DNA from: a virus
Virus record (IMG/VR): IMGVR_UViG_3300042898_006156
Location: 32,001 to 96,000 of that record
Length of the DNA: 64,000 nucleotides
Reading direction: 5' to 3' (one strand)
A program made the position numbers and the translations under genes. Numbering within the stretch: position 1 is the first letter of the stretch; every line of letters starts with the position of its first letter. The notes beneath the pieces are model-generated. The model was not told where the DNA came from, did no database searches, and worked only from the letters and a program-made list of their open reading frames with translations. Below, piece by piece: positions 8,554 through 17,891 of the stretch.

Positions 8554-9123
8554 ATGACTTGGGAAGAAATTAGACAGCGTAAAGAAGATTCAATTCGAGA
8601 AAGCACAGGTAATCCTATGGTAAAAAAACCTAATCCATTTGTAATAAACGGTAAAACTTATAATTCATACACTGAATATTCAAATTCAGATGAACATAAA
8701 GAATTATTGAAAATTGAAGAAGAAGCTTTGGGGCAATATGAACAAAAGGCTAAAGAGTATTTTGATTCTTTGGAAACAGACGATCAATTATTGTTATTCT
8801 TTCATATTACTAACACAATTTTTAAAAACTATTTTAAAGATAATGGTTCTTATAGAGGCTTACTTTACGATAAATTTAAATTTGGGCCTGAAGCTTACAG
8901 TTTAGGAATGGATAGTGGAATGTTTACTCTTCACAATTCAATTTCTACACCTGATGAAAATGAAGAAAGATTTCAAAAGCTGATGAAGTTTTTAGATCTT
9001 GATTTGACAAAAGAGCAAATGATTTCAGCAAGGAATTATTTTAATCAAGGTTTTGACAATAGTGAACAAATAAATCACATATTTTCTAAACAGCAAGTTC
9101 TTAAATTCGAAGACCCTGAATAA
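8554..9123 (+). CDS. Hypothetical protein
   Basis: 189-aa ORF in operon. Confidence 0.7.
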   Translation: MTWEEIRQRKEDSIRESTGNPMVKKPNPFVINGKTYNSYTEYSNSDEHKELLKIEEEALGQYEQKAKEYFDSLETDDQLLLFFHITNTIFKNYFKDNGSYRGLLYDKFKFGPEAYSLGMDSGMFTLHNSISTPDENEERFQKLMKFLDLDLTKEQMISARNYFNQGFDNSEQINHIFSKQQVLKFEDPE

Positions 9124-9139
9124 TCAGGGTCTTTTTTCT
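9110..9139 (+). terminator. Intrinsic terminator spanning the stop codon
   Basis: aagaccctga-ataa-tcagggtctt followed by a T-run. Confidence 0.8.
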
Positions 9140-9160
9140 TGCATCCAGTATATATTTACT

Positions 9161-9631
9161 ATGACACAAGAAGAAGCATATTCTTATTTCTTTCCTGAAA
9201 TAAGAGACAATGGACAAGAGTATTTTAAAACTTGTTTAATTTATGCTTATCCTGCCCACTTAAATGAATACATAGAGACTTGGACTGCAGATGGATTAGA
9301 AACTACAAATTACGCAAAAGAAGGCGATTTTATAGTTCAAAATCTGCAAACTGAATGTCAAGAACAATATATAGTTCCTTGTGATATGCTTTTTAGTAGA
9401 TATATATTTTTCTATTACTATGACAAAGGGGCAGTTTACATTCCAAGCGGTAAAATTATCGCTTGTAGATATTATGGGTCAGACTTGGAATTTGTTGCTA
9501 AATGGGGCAGATTGATGTCCTTGAAAACTGGAGATTATATTGTTTCTCCATCTCCTTATTACAGTGAAGTATATAGAATCGCTTCTCAAGAATTTTTTGA
9601 AACTTACCAAAAACTAATTGATCCAGAATAA
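9161..9631 (+). CDS. PGDYG-like protein with two tandem repeats
   Basis: ETTNYAKEGDFIV...EQYIV...F..RY and WG.LM.LKTGDYIV...EVYRI...FFETY. Confidence 0.6.
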   Translation: MTQEEAYSYFFPEIRDNGQEYFKTCLIYAYPAHLNEYIETWTADGLETTNYAKEGDFIVQNLQTECQEQYIVPCDMLFSRYIFFYYYDKGAVYIPSGKIIACRYYGSDLEFVAKWGRLMSLKTGDYIVSPSPYYSEVYRIASQEFFETYQKLIDPE

Positions 9632-9651
9632 TCTTAATGTAAAATAAGATT
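9618..9651 (+). promoter_or_regulatory. Sigma70-type promoter, leaderless
   Basis: TTGATC-16-TAAAAT-6 nt-ATG. Confidence 0.6.
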
Positions 9652-10206
9652 ATGGGCTACACACTTCTAGTTTTTGAACCTGATATCAAACATCATCCTA
9701 GCACTGAAAATGTTTTGTGGAAAGGGCAAGTAATTCCACCATCAAACTACAGCTCAATTATGATCATTTTATTGCAAGATATTCTAGAATTGAATAACAG
9801 AAGAACAATGAGTGAATGGGAAAAAATTTTAATTAATAATAGTTTCAAATATGAGCTTAATTATGATCACGAATTTTGCCGTGAATATATCATTCAAGAT
9901 AAACCTCTTGTTGCTTATAATTTTCAATTATTTATGTGTGATCTCCAAGATGGCACTAATAGATTAGAAGTTGCTGATGAAAACATACTTCCAATTCTGT
10001 TTTCGTTAAATATTTCTAAAAATAAATCTTACAATCCAGTAGCTTTAAAGAAAAAAATAGAATCAGCTTTGGAATTAATATCAATTTCTGAACCTAAACC
10101 TCTAAATCTTATGATAAAAGGGCAGCTAAATTTATTAGATAAACTTGCAGATGTTTGCATAGATTATGAAGTTGATGTAAAATGTACAATTGAAGTAAGA
10201 GCGTAA
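9652..10206 (+). CDS. Hypothetical protein
   Basis: 184-aa ORF with its own promoter. Confidence 0.65.
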   Translation: MGYTLLVFEPDIKHHPSTENVLWKGQVIPPSNYSSIMIILLQDILELNNRRTMSEWEKILINNSFKYELNYDHEFCREYIIQDKPLVAYNFQLFMCDLQDGTNRLEVADENILPILFSLNISKNKSYNPVALKKKIESALELISISEPKPLNLMIKGQLNLLDKLADVCIDYEVDVKCTIEVRA

Positions 10207-10233
10207 TTTTGCTTCGGAGTGTACAATAGTTTT

Positions 10234-11151
10234 ATGAAAATTCTATATATTTCTGGAAACCAAAGATCAGAGCAATTTCCTTGGCTAACTGATTATCAAG
10301 ATGACTGTTTGCTTCTTGGACTTAAGGAGCTTTTTGGCAGTGATGTAGTTGATTGTAATAAGAGATTTCATCTTTATTCAGACTATTCTGATGAGCAATT
10401 AGCTACCGAATATGGACGTGGTTTTACTGTTTGTCGAAATATCACTTCTGATGATGCTGATCGTGAAGACATCACAAAGAAGATTCGAAATAAGTACTTT
10501 GATTATGTAATTTATGGAAGTATTTGGCGAAGTCAAGATCATCTTCAACTTGTTCTTGAAAATTATGACAAGAAGAAGATTGTATTTGTTGATGGCGAAG
10601 ATACCAATGCTTTTCATGAAGATCGTTTGAAGGATGGTGTAGTTTACTTTAAGCGTGAATTGTATCCTGATCAAAAGCAAGTTCATCTTCAAGAATACAT
10701 GCAACACGTACTTCCAATTAGCTTTGCTTTCCCAACAAATAAGGTAAATGCTGGTCAAAAGAAAGAGCGTCGTATTGCTCACAGTGATCCTCGTGATCGT
10801 AAGACTTATGTATTCAATACAGAAGCAGAATACTATCAGGATTATATGTTCTCAAAGTATGCTTTTACAATGCCAAAGGCTGGATGGGATTGTTTGAGAC
10901 ATTATGAAATCATGGGTAATGGTTGTATTCCTTTATTCCCTGATATTATGAATTGCCCTAGATATTCAATGATGCGTTTTCCGAAGGCATTGTTGACCAA
11001 GGTTGCATTCTTTGACAAGAATGATCCAAAGTGGCTTGATCAGAATTATGAATATTTCCAAGCTGAAGTGATGGATCATATGAAGAAATACAACACCACT
11101 AAAGCTCTTGCTGAACACGTAATGAAAGAATTATCATTACTCAATAAGTAA
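10234..11151 (+). CDS. Putative glycosyltransferase (GT-B/exostosin-like C-terminus)
   Basis: FVDGED, YFKREL, AGWDCLRHYEIMGNGCIPLF; TACAAT 6 nt before ATG 10234. Confidence 0.6.
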   Translation: MKILYISGNQRSEQFPWLTDYQDDCLLLGLKELFGSDVVDCNKRFHLYSDYSDEQLATEYGRGFTVCRNITSDDADREDITKKIRNKYFDYVIYGSIWRSQDHLQLVLENYDKKKIVFVDGEDTNAFHEDRLKDGVVYFKRELYPDQKQVHLQEYMQHVLPISFAFPTNKVNAGQKKERRIAHSDPRDRKTYVFNTEAEYYQDYMFSKYAFTMPKAGWDCLRHYEIMGNGCIPLFPDIMNCPRYSMMRFPKALLTKVAFFDKNDPKWLDQNYEYFQAEVMDHMKKYNTTKALAEHVMKELSLLNK

Positions 11152-11155
11152 AACT

Positions 11156-11190
11156 AAAATGGAGGCATCACATTCGATGCCTCCATTTTT
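11156..11190. terminator. Bidirectional terminator between the convergent glycosyltransferase genes
   Basis: aaaatggaggcatc-acattc-gatgcctccatttt. Confidence 0.8.
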
Positions 11191-11875
11191 CTATAAAATT
11201 CTTCTCAAGAGCAAATGTATTCTTCATATATTCTTCTTGATTTTTAAACGTTCCATGAGATCTTTGTCCATAATGATCCACTTTAGAAGCTGCAACCATT
11301 CCATGTTTGCAGCCTTTTTCTTGTAATCTCATAATGATATCGTTATCTTGGAAAAAGAAAGCAAATTGTTCATCTAATGGAAAAAGCCAATCTTTGACTT
11401 CTTTCTTCATAATCCAACACCAACCACAGAAATTAATGATTAATTCAAAGCCAACTCTTACCATTGTTTCTGGTGTATATCTGTGCTTAATTTCAGCTCT
11501 TGGAACAATTCCTACTTGCTCTGTTGGCGATCTTGGAGAAGCTGTATCAAGTTCGTGATTGATCATAGCTGCTTCCATTTTAACCCACCAATCTTTATGG
11601 AAATTGACATCATTATTTACAATCGCAATATATTCAGAATCACAGTTTTCAATTGCGATATTTAAATAAGTGTTGTAATTAAAATCAATTGGTGGTTTAA
11701 GATAAAAGTTTACGTGTTGAAAATTCCATTCTCTATCTTTGTTTGATTCCACTAACACTACGTTAAAATTTTCAGATCCAATTGAATTATGAAGAGAATC
11801 TAATGCATTTTGTGTCATTTTGTAAATATCATTGTTTACAGTGTTAGTAAGCATAATAAGCGAAAGTTTTGTCAT
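11168..11875 (-). CDS. Glycosyltransferase family 2
   Basis: LSLIMLT, VVLVES, FNYN..LN.A, IAIVNNDV, FFQDND, VDHYG; TATAAT 6 nt before ATG. Confidence 0.8.
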   Translation of the reverse strand: MTKLSLIMLTNTVNNDIYKMTQNALDSLHNSIGSENFNVVLVESNKDREWNFQHVNFYLKPPIDFNYNTYLNIAIENCDSEYIAIVNNDVNFHKDWWVKMEAAMINHELDTASPRSPTEQVGIVPRAEIKHRYTPETMVRVGFELIINFCGWCWIMKKEVKDWLFPLDEQFAFFFQDNDIIMRLQEKGCKHGMVAASKVDHYGQRSHGTFKNQEEYMKNTFALEKNFIEKWRHRM

Positions 11876-11890
11876 AAAACTATTATAAAT

Positions 11891-11920
11891 AAAAAACCAG
11901 ATCTATTGATCTGGTTTTTG
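11891..11920 (-). terminator. Intrinsic terminator
   Basis: aaaaaccagatc-tatt-gatctggttttt spanning the stop codon. Confidence 0.75.
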
Positions 11921-12094
11921 TGCTGTACGATATTCTTTCATATTAAAAGATTTCTTTTTTCTTTTCTTATTTTTATTGTAATTTGAATAAGCTATTGCCC
12001 ATGCTGTAGATTCTCTATCATCCTTGGATTTTTCAGGATAAAAATCAGAATCATCTAATAAAGTATCTACTAAATCATCTACTGGCTTTGGCAT
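11903..12094 (-). CDS. Small ChaB-like protein
   Basis: ESTAWAIAYSNYNK helix; basic tail; ends FNMKEYRTAQ. Confidence 0.5.
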   Translation of the reverse strand: MPKPVDDLVDTLLDDSDFYPEKSKDDRESTAWAIAYSNYNKNKKRKKKSFNMKEYRTAQKPDQ

Positions 12095-12095
12095 T

Positions 12096-12968
12096 TTAGG
12101 ATCGATTCGGGGCTTGTGTTGGTGGAGTAATTGGTGCTGCTGGTGCTGCTGGAGTTTTAGGTGTTCCAGTTATTGAGGTTAATGGCTTGGCTTCTACACC
12201 ATAAATTTGTGACGCTTGCTGCTTGCCTTCAGAATCTACATTTCCGAAATCACCAACTTGAAGACCTTTTTCTGTTTTTGTTTTACTCAATAACTCTTCT
12301 AGTTTTGTAGTATCTTGGTTGTATTTTTTCATTTCTTGAATTCTTGCTTCTAAACTATCTTTAAAACTATCAGTTTTCAAGTATGAGTTCCACTCTTTAA
12401 CTAAACCTGGTAAGTTTCTATCTTCTCTGTTTGGAAGAGCTTTTTCACCAGCAGCTGTCAAACCTTCAAGAGGAGAAGCTAATTCAATATTAACTCTATT
12501 GCCTTCACTCCCTACTCCAAGTCCCTGTATAGGTGTATCATTGACCATAGATGGGAAAGCTGTTGGATCATTTGGCTTAATTGGAATAGCATTTTGATTG
12601 AAATATGTGTTAAATTCTTTAATCAAGTCTGTGTAAGATTTGTAATCTATAAGATTATTTCTGTATTGTTTTTCAACTGCAGAAATCATATCTTCAAACT
12701 TCGGAGGGTTGGTTCTCTTCAATTGATCCTGAAAATATTTGATGATTGCATTTTGGCTGGTTGGCAGTACGTTGGTAACCGGAGCAGGGGTAGTAGAAGG
12801 TTTGACTGGTTGTTTAGTAGCAGGTTTGACTGGAGTTTTGACAGCTGGTTTGACTGGGGGTTTAGGAGCAGGTTTAGCTTGGGCAATTTTGAGCAAATCA
12901 TCAGCCTGTCTATGCATGCCATGTTGATCAAGTATTTGACTTATTTTAATAAATTCTTTTGTAAACAT
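12096..12968 (-). CDS. Leader-bearing Pro-rich hypothetical protein (putative head cargo)
   Basis: N-terminus MFTKEFIKISQILDQHGMHRQADDLLKIAQ, then PVKP repeats. Confidence 0.7.
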   Translation of the reverse strand: MFTKEFIKISQILDQHGMHRQADDLLKIAQAKPAPKPPVKPAVKTPVKPATKQPVKPSTTPAPVTNVLPTSQNAIIKYFQDQLKRTNPPKFEDMISAVEKQYRNNLIDYKSYTDLIKEFNTYFNQNAIPIKPNDPTAFPSMVNDTPIQGLGVGSEGNRVNIELASPLEGLTAAGEKALPNREDRNLPGLVKEWNSYLKTDSFKDSLEARIQEMKKYNQDTTKLEELLSKTKTEKGLQVGDFGNVDSEGKQQASQIYGVEAKPLTSITGTPKTPAAPAAPITPPTQAPNRS

Positions 12969-13002
12969 AATTTTTATTTTAACAACTTCTTAAAATTGCC
13001 CT

Positions 13003-14001
13003 TTATTTTAATCTTGTAAGCTTGTCACCAGTTGATTTTCCAATGTTAAATTGATCAATAACTTGATTGACTTTATTAGCAACTCCCGATATATCTGTAT
13101 TTTTAGGATTTTTATTTAGAAATTCAGTCTGAAATGTAGAAATTTTTGTTGGTGTGTTTTGTATTTTTAGCTTCTTTTCATCTTCTTTTAATTCTTTAAT
13201 CATTGAAGACTGGATTTCATTAATGATTTGGTCACCCAATGTATACCAATCAGTCACAAATACACTATTTCCAGCAGCAGTCCAGCCTGTTGGGTGCATA
13301 GCATTATTGTAAATAGGAGCTAATGTTTTGAATGTAGTATTGAATTTTTCTAATTTTTCGAAAAACTTTGAATCTGATTTCAATATATTCATAGCATATA
13401 TGACATCATTATATTCATTAGAATATCTTTGTGTGAAAGCTCCGGGTTTAGATTTATCTTCGGAAAGCGTTTTAAGCACAGGAATAATTTGTGTCAAGTA
13501 TGCATCAGCTTGTTCAGGGGTGACTTGTGCTTGTTGCGCCACTTGATTAGGGGATGAAACAGGTACTTGAGCAGAAGGAGTAACTGCAGTACCAGCACCA
13601 GGACTAGCCATAGGAGGTCCAGCTGGTTGTTGAGTACCACCTGCAGGAGCACTGGTTCCCTCATTTTGTTTTAATTTGTTCTTAATAAAGTCAACTGCTT
13701 TTGTGCTAACGTCTTTGTATTTATTTTTGACAGTTATTCTTGGATCTTTATCAATTGCATATATTTTATTTATCATACCCGCTGCTGAACGTGAATTGTA
13801 TACAGTTTTATCATAATTCATACCACTTTTTTTGATTGTTGCTAACTGATCATCGCCAAAATAAACTCTTACAATGTAGTAAACAAATTCTTGAGTTACG
13901 TCGCCAGGTTTTGCTAGCAATTTATTGATATAATCTGCATTAACATCATCTACCTTTTGCGCAAACTTTTTGTGGTTATAAATTGATATACTTTTTCTCA
14001 T
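13003..14001 (-). CDS. Leader-bearing hypothetical protein (putative head cargo)
   Basis: N-terminus MRKSISIYNHKKFAQ; Pro/Gln/Ala linker. Confidence 0.7.
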   Translation of the reverse strand: MRKSISIYNHKKFAQKVDDVNADYINKLLAKPGDVTQEFVYYIVRVYFGDDQLATIKKSGMNYDKTVYNSRSAAGMINKIYAIDKDPRITVKNKYKDVSTKAVDFIKNKLKQNEGTSAPAGGTQQPAGPPMASPGAGTAVTPSAQVPVSSPNQVAQQAQVTPEQADAYLTQIIPVLKTLSEDKSKPGAFTQRYSNEYNDVIYAMNILKSDSKFFEKLEKFNTTFKTLAPIYNNAMHPTGWTAAGNSVFVTDWYTLGDQIINEIQSSMIKELKEDEKKLKIQNTPTKISTFQTEFLNKNPKNTDISGVANKVNQVIDQFNIGKSTGDKLTRLK

Positions 14002-14010
14002 AGTTAAAAA

Positions 14011-14045
14011 ATCAGAACACTAAATTTCTTATTTAGTATTCTGAT
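14011..14045 (-). terminator. Hairpin/terminator just upstream of the 14001 start codon
   Basis: atcagaacactaaat / atttagtattctgat inverted repeat with a T-run on the minus strand. Confidence 0.6.
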
Positions 14046-14052
14046 ACAGTTT

Positions 14053-14742
14053 TTAATCTTCCTCGTATTCAAATCCAAATTGCTTCAGATAAACCCAACA
14101 AGGATCGTCATCAGTTGGAGGTGGTTCTTTTCCAGCGATAAGAGAAATCACTTCTTTTTTGATAAATTCTTCAAATCCATCCAAGTCAAGATCATATTGA
14201 ATATACTTTAACTTTCCACCAAGATTAGCAGATCCATCTTCAGAAATAGAAAATTTATTCGGTTCATATACAAATAAACCAATTTTGTCATTTATCTTTA
14301 CAGAATAATCTGATGCAGAATTTGGATTTGTCATAGCATAACTATAGCAAGATAATTGACGAACATATTTCTGTAAAGTTTTCTCTTGAATTTCACAAGT
14401 TTTGAAATCAATTACAGAATGAGATCCATCAGAAAATTTCAAAACACCATCGATTTTTCCACGTAAAATAACTTCAACATCAGGAAAATCAGGGTTTATG
14501 ATAGGTTTGCTCTTTACCCATTGATCTGCTCCAGTAATAACAGCATCAGGAAAAGATGGATCAAACTCTTTCATATTTTTATTTTCACAGCAAACTTTTG
14601 TTAACACATCAATAACTGTAAAAATACGAGGAATGATTACTGGTGGACGTTTGATACCTAGATTGTACTTCTGATAAAATCCCCAAGGACTATCATCTAG
14701 TAAGAAAGCTAGATCCGATGGGCTTAAAAAAATTGTTTTCAT
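14053..14742 (-). CDS. PD-(D/E)XK nuclease (Cas4/RecB-like exonuclease fold)
   Basis: LSPS...LRGKIDGV...VIDFKT...Y.RQL..Y. Confidence 0.8.
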   Translation of the reverse strand: MKTIFLSPSDLAFLLDDSPWGFYQKYNLGIKRPPVIIPRIFTVIDVLTKVCCENKNMKEFDPSFPDAVITGADQWVKSKPIINPDFPDVEVILRGKIDGVLKFSDGSHSVIDFKTCEIQEKTLQKYVRQLSCYSYAMTNPNSASDYSVKINDKIGLFVYEPNKFSISEDGSANLGGKLKYIQYDLDLDGFEEFIKKEVISLIAGKEPPPTDDDPCWVYLKQFGFEYEED

Positions 14743-14804
14743 TTCTTGCCTTTATTGTATAAAGATGTATGGATGATACCTTGTCAATTTTCAGATATCA
14801 AGGG

Positions 14805-14835
14805 TTGACAAAAGTAATTAATCAGGTATCATAAT
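14805..14835 (+). promoter_or_regulatory. Sigma70-type promoter in a divergent region
   Basis: TTGACA (14805) with TATCAT/CATAAT downstream. Confidence 0.6.
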
Positions 14836-14866
14836 ACAGATCAAGGGATCAAAAGGATATATATCA

Positions 14867-15196
14867 ATGGACGAGTCTACAGACGTTACAGCAGTTGTTA
14901 GTGAGGAGCAGCCAGCAATCTCTCACGATGAGTATCTTGAGTTAGTTTCTATGCGCCAGTCATTACTCGAGCTCAAGGCACAAAAGTCTGATGTTCTTGA
15001 ATTTGTGAACGTTGCTCAACAGTATGCAGCACAACTTCAGCAAGCACAGCAACAATTGACAGCTATTAATGAAGCACTCACCGAGAACACCTCGGCGCTT
15101 CAAGAGCGAATGAAGGAAATTGTTGAGCCTCTTGGTGTTTCTGGTGAGTTTACAATCACTGATACAGAGCCACACTACATCGTAGCTAATTCGTAA
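14867..15196 (+). CDS. Coiled-coil hypothetical protein
   Basis: Gln/Leu heptads; has its own promoter and terminator. Confidence 0.75.
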   Translation: MDESTDVTAVVSEEQPAISHDEYLELVSMRQSLLELKAQKSDVLEFVNVAQQYAAQLQQAQQQLTAINEALTENTSALQERMKEIVEPLGVSGEFTITDTEPHYIVANS

Positions 15197-15210
15197 TCTT
15201 TCAAAGCAAT

Positions 15211-15240
15211 AAAAAGCAGGCTGCAAAGCCTGCTTTTTTT
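15211..15240. terminator. Bidirectional terminator (GCAA tetraloop)
   Basis: aaaaagcaggct-gcaa-agcctgcttttt. Confidence 0.85.
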
Positions 15241-15520
15241 ATGTCTTTATAATTGGAAAGAATGATTGACTTGTAATCAATCCCACTCTACTAGAAGATA
15301 AATCTATAGGTATATCCCATAACCTAGTAATAAAAACTCTTTCTCTTTTAATTTGCAAATAATCTGAAACACATTCAACAAAGAAATCATTCAATTTCCA
15401 CAATTCGGCAGCTTCTTCAAGATAAGAAATCATATTTAAAGTTTGTTTTAAATATGATATATAAGGATGATTTTCAAAGTCTTCATTGTCTCTGAAATCC
15501 ACAATTATAATATTACTCAT
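15239..15520 (-). CDS. Hypothetical protein
   Basis: ORF directly downstream of the RusA-like gene. Confidence 0.6.
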   Translation of the reverse strand: MSNIIIVDFRDNEDFENHPYISYLKQTLNMISYLEEAAELWKLNDFFVECVSDYLQIKRERVFITRLWDIPIDLSSSRVGLITSQSFFPIIKT

Positions 15521-15523
15521 ACA

Positions 15524-16066
15524 CTATTCCTTGATTGTTTTATTCTTCTTCTTTGCTTCCTTTATTGCTTCCTTTGCTAATTGTTCATTTCTGAATTGTT
15601 CTTTTGGGTGTCTGTAGCGGAAAATTTCTACTTCAATTCTTGGATTTTCCTTATCATAGTGAATCATATGTGAATCTCTATCTAACCAATGAATCCACAT
15701 ATCGTTAGCAATGATTCCGTGTTTTTGAATAATATCTCCGTTAGCTTGCTGATATCCACATTCATCACCCACAATCCAAGAGTCTAGATAAACTTTGAGT
15801 TTGATACCTATTCCAAAATCGATTGGACTTAATTTAAATCTTTGCCAGAAATATTCACAATATTCTTTACAGTGTAATTCATATCTCTCGTAAAGAGCAG
15901 AAGGTAAAATTTTGGTGAATTTACCCCTTCTAACTACTCTTTGGGAAGTTTTCTTTGTCGATGGTCTACCTGGAATTGTAAATGATAAAATTAATGTATT
16001 ATCTGGTAGGTCTTCATAATTTTTTTCGTCTTCACAAACTAGATGAAATTTTAAAAAATCTTGCAT
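15524..16066 (-). CDS. rusA: RusA-like Holliday junction resolvase
   Basis: FTIPGRPSTKK...GDECG...GDII...GIIANDM...DKENPRIEVEI. Confidence 0.65.
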   Translation of the reverse strand: MQDFLKFHLVCEDEKNYEDLPDNTLILSFTIPGRPSTKKTSQRVVRRGKFTKILPSALYERYELHCKEYCEYFWQRFKLSPIDFGIGIKLKVYLDSWIVGDECGYQQANGDIIQKHGIIANDMWIHWLDRDSHMIHYDKENPRIEVEIFRYRHPKEQFRNEQLAKEAIKEAKKKNKTIKE

Positions 16067-16085
16067 ACCAAATTTGTACAGGTTG

Positions 16086-17024
16086 CTAGAAAGTTCTTCT
16101 TACAAATGTATTGAAACTAATTCTGGCCGTTATCATTTGACTTGATTTCATATCTAATTCAATTCTTGGCAAAATAAGATAATTTCCAAAATCAATAAAT
16201 CTATGCCCTCTATATGAATCAATCAATCCCATTCCTATAGAATTTTGAAACACATTGAAACTGCCTGGTGCTTGATACAATCTGAAATTCTCAAATTGAA
16301 ATGGAGGTATTGAAATGACAGCATCTCCAGAAATAGAATAACCAGTAATTACATAGTCTGGATTTGTATTTCCATTGTAATAATTATTTCCAACATAAGT
16401 TTTTCTATCACTTACAACACTTATATTGATATTGGCTTGAGTAAGAGCGTAAAAATCACCAAAAATTCTAAATCTGAAATCCCAAAATTTTACTGTTCTT
16501 CCTAAAATTCTTGCTTCTTGAAAACTTTTTCCAGCAGTAGATTTACTGAAACCTAAAGTTTGAGTTCTTTCAAAACCTTGTGGGTATATACTATTTAAAG
16601 TAACTGTAGACATAACTTCCGAAAAATTAAGCGAAAGAGATGCATTGTCTATGAAATAAGGTAAATCTGTTAGTTCATTGACTGGCCTAGATACAAGAGA
16701 TAAATTTTCTAAAATTAAATCAAAAATATCATAAATGCCATATGGAGGAAGATTCTTATTTGCATCTGTGACATTGATGTAAGCATTATCAACAACTTTT
16801 AATTCAGAATCAAGGTCTTTTAATAGTAATATGGGACCAGACATAGTTGCTTGATGTACTGGGTTGCTTACTTCAACAACTCTGTTAGCAATGTCACCTT
16901 GAATGAAAGATTTGCTGTTTACATCTTGTTGTAAATTTTCATTCCAAGAATCAAGTATATATGTTTTACCATTTAGTGATATAGCATAGAAGCTGGATAA
17001 TAATTCTGCAGATAAAATTGGCAT
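16086..17024 (-). CDS. Beta-rich hypothetical protein (possible tail tube/baseplate fold), paralog of the next gene
   Basis: Shares KS.IQGD, DIFDL, L.RT.K..D.RF and Y..SG motifs with 17024..17890. Confidence 0.65.
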   Translation of the reverse strand: MPILSAELLSSFYAISLNGKTYILDSWNENLQQDVNSKSFIQGDIANRVVEVSNPVHQATMSGPILLLKDLDSELKVVDNAYINVTDANKNLPPYGIYDIFDLILENLSLVSRPVNELTDLPYFIDNASLSLNFSEVMSTVTLNSIYPQGFERTQTLGFSKSTAGKSFQEARILGRTVKFWDFRFRIFGDFYALTQANINISVVSDRKTYVGNNYYNGNTNPDYVITGYSISGDAVISIPPFQFENFRLYQAPGSFNVFQNSIGMGLIDSYRGHRFIDFGNYLILPRIELDMKSSQMITARISFNTFVRRTF

Positions 17025-17890
17025 TATATTCTTGCATATCCTTTGAATGAAATTTCTGCAGTCATTAAGTTGTCGTTCATTGTAAGATTTAAACTATCTT
17101 CTATTACTGTTTGTCCCAATCTTAAGTATCTATTGCCAACTAATAAAGATATGTTGATATTAGAAACAATTTTAGAATCAAATAAATCTCTCATTTCATA
17201 CCAGTTTTTTGTTGGTACAGTGATAGTTCCTGATACTTCATAAGCTTGAGGAGAATATAATGGATAATCAGACTCTAAATTTAAAAGAAACACCTTGGCA
17301 TATGTTACATTTATATTTATGCTACCAGATAAAACTTTCAACATTTGATCGTTTCCTTCAGTTGCATAAAATCTACAATCATAGTTTTTGGCTGTTCTAG
17401 CTAAAAAATCAAAATTTTGTGGAAAATATTCTGCAAACTCAATTTGCTGAAATAATTGATCAAAATAACAATTGTAATTTAATGTACATCGTATCGAGTT
17501 GCCAATTTGTATAGATGCAGATGTTAGCAAATTTCTTGGTTGTATAAATGTTTGGTTAAATAAGTTTGATTTTACAATTCCAAAATCAGAAATTAATAAA
17601 TCAAAAATATCACGATAACCAGGATTAAATGGCGGAGTCACGACAGTTGGGACGCTACTATTAAGGCTAAATCTTGCTTGTGGAATTTGTAATAAAACAT
17701 CTGAAGACAAAGTACACGTTTGAGTTACTCCATTGTAAGACATCACATTAACACCAGCATCACCTTGAATCAAACTTTTAGCTTGAACGGCTCTAGCAGA
17801 ATTAGATGTAAATTCTTCAACTAAAACTATATTATTGTCATATTTTAGCCAGTGCCATTTACCTATGTGATTAGATGTGTAAATTGCCAT
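17024..17890 (-). CDS. Beta-rich hypothetical protein (possible tail tube/baseplate fold)
   Basis: Start at MAIYTS (17890), immediately after the upstream stop; paralog of 16086..17024. Confidence 0.65.
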   Translation of the reverse strand: MAIYTSNHIGKWHWLKYDNNIVLVEEFTSNSARAVQAKSLIQGDAGVNVMSYNGVTQTCTLSSDVLLQIPQARFSLNSSVPTVVTPPFNPGYRDIFDLLISDFGIVKSNLFNQTFIQPRNLLTSASIQIGNSIRCTLNYNCYFDQLFQQIEFAEYFPQNFDFLARTAKNYDCRFYATEGNDQMLKVLSGSININVTYAKVFLLNLESDYPLYSPQAYEVSGTITVPTKNWYEMRDLFDSKIVSNINISLLVGNRYLRLGQTVIEDSLNLTMNDNLMTAEISFKGYARI

Positions 17891-17891
17891 A

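Noticed and set aside
14053-14742. CRISPR-associated Cas4 / CRISPR locus
   Set aside because: No 4-Cys Fe-S set, no other cas genes, and no repeat-spacer array seen in the window.
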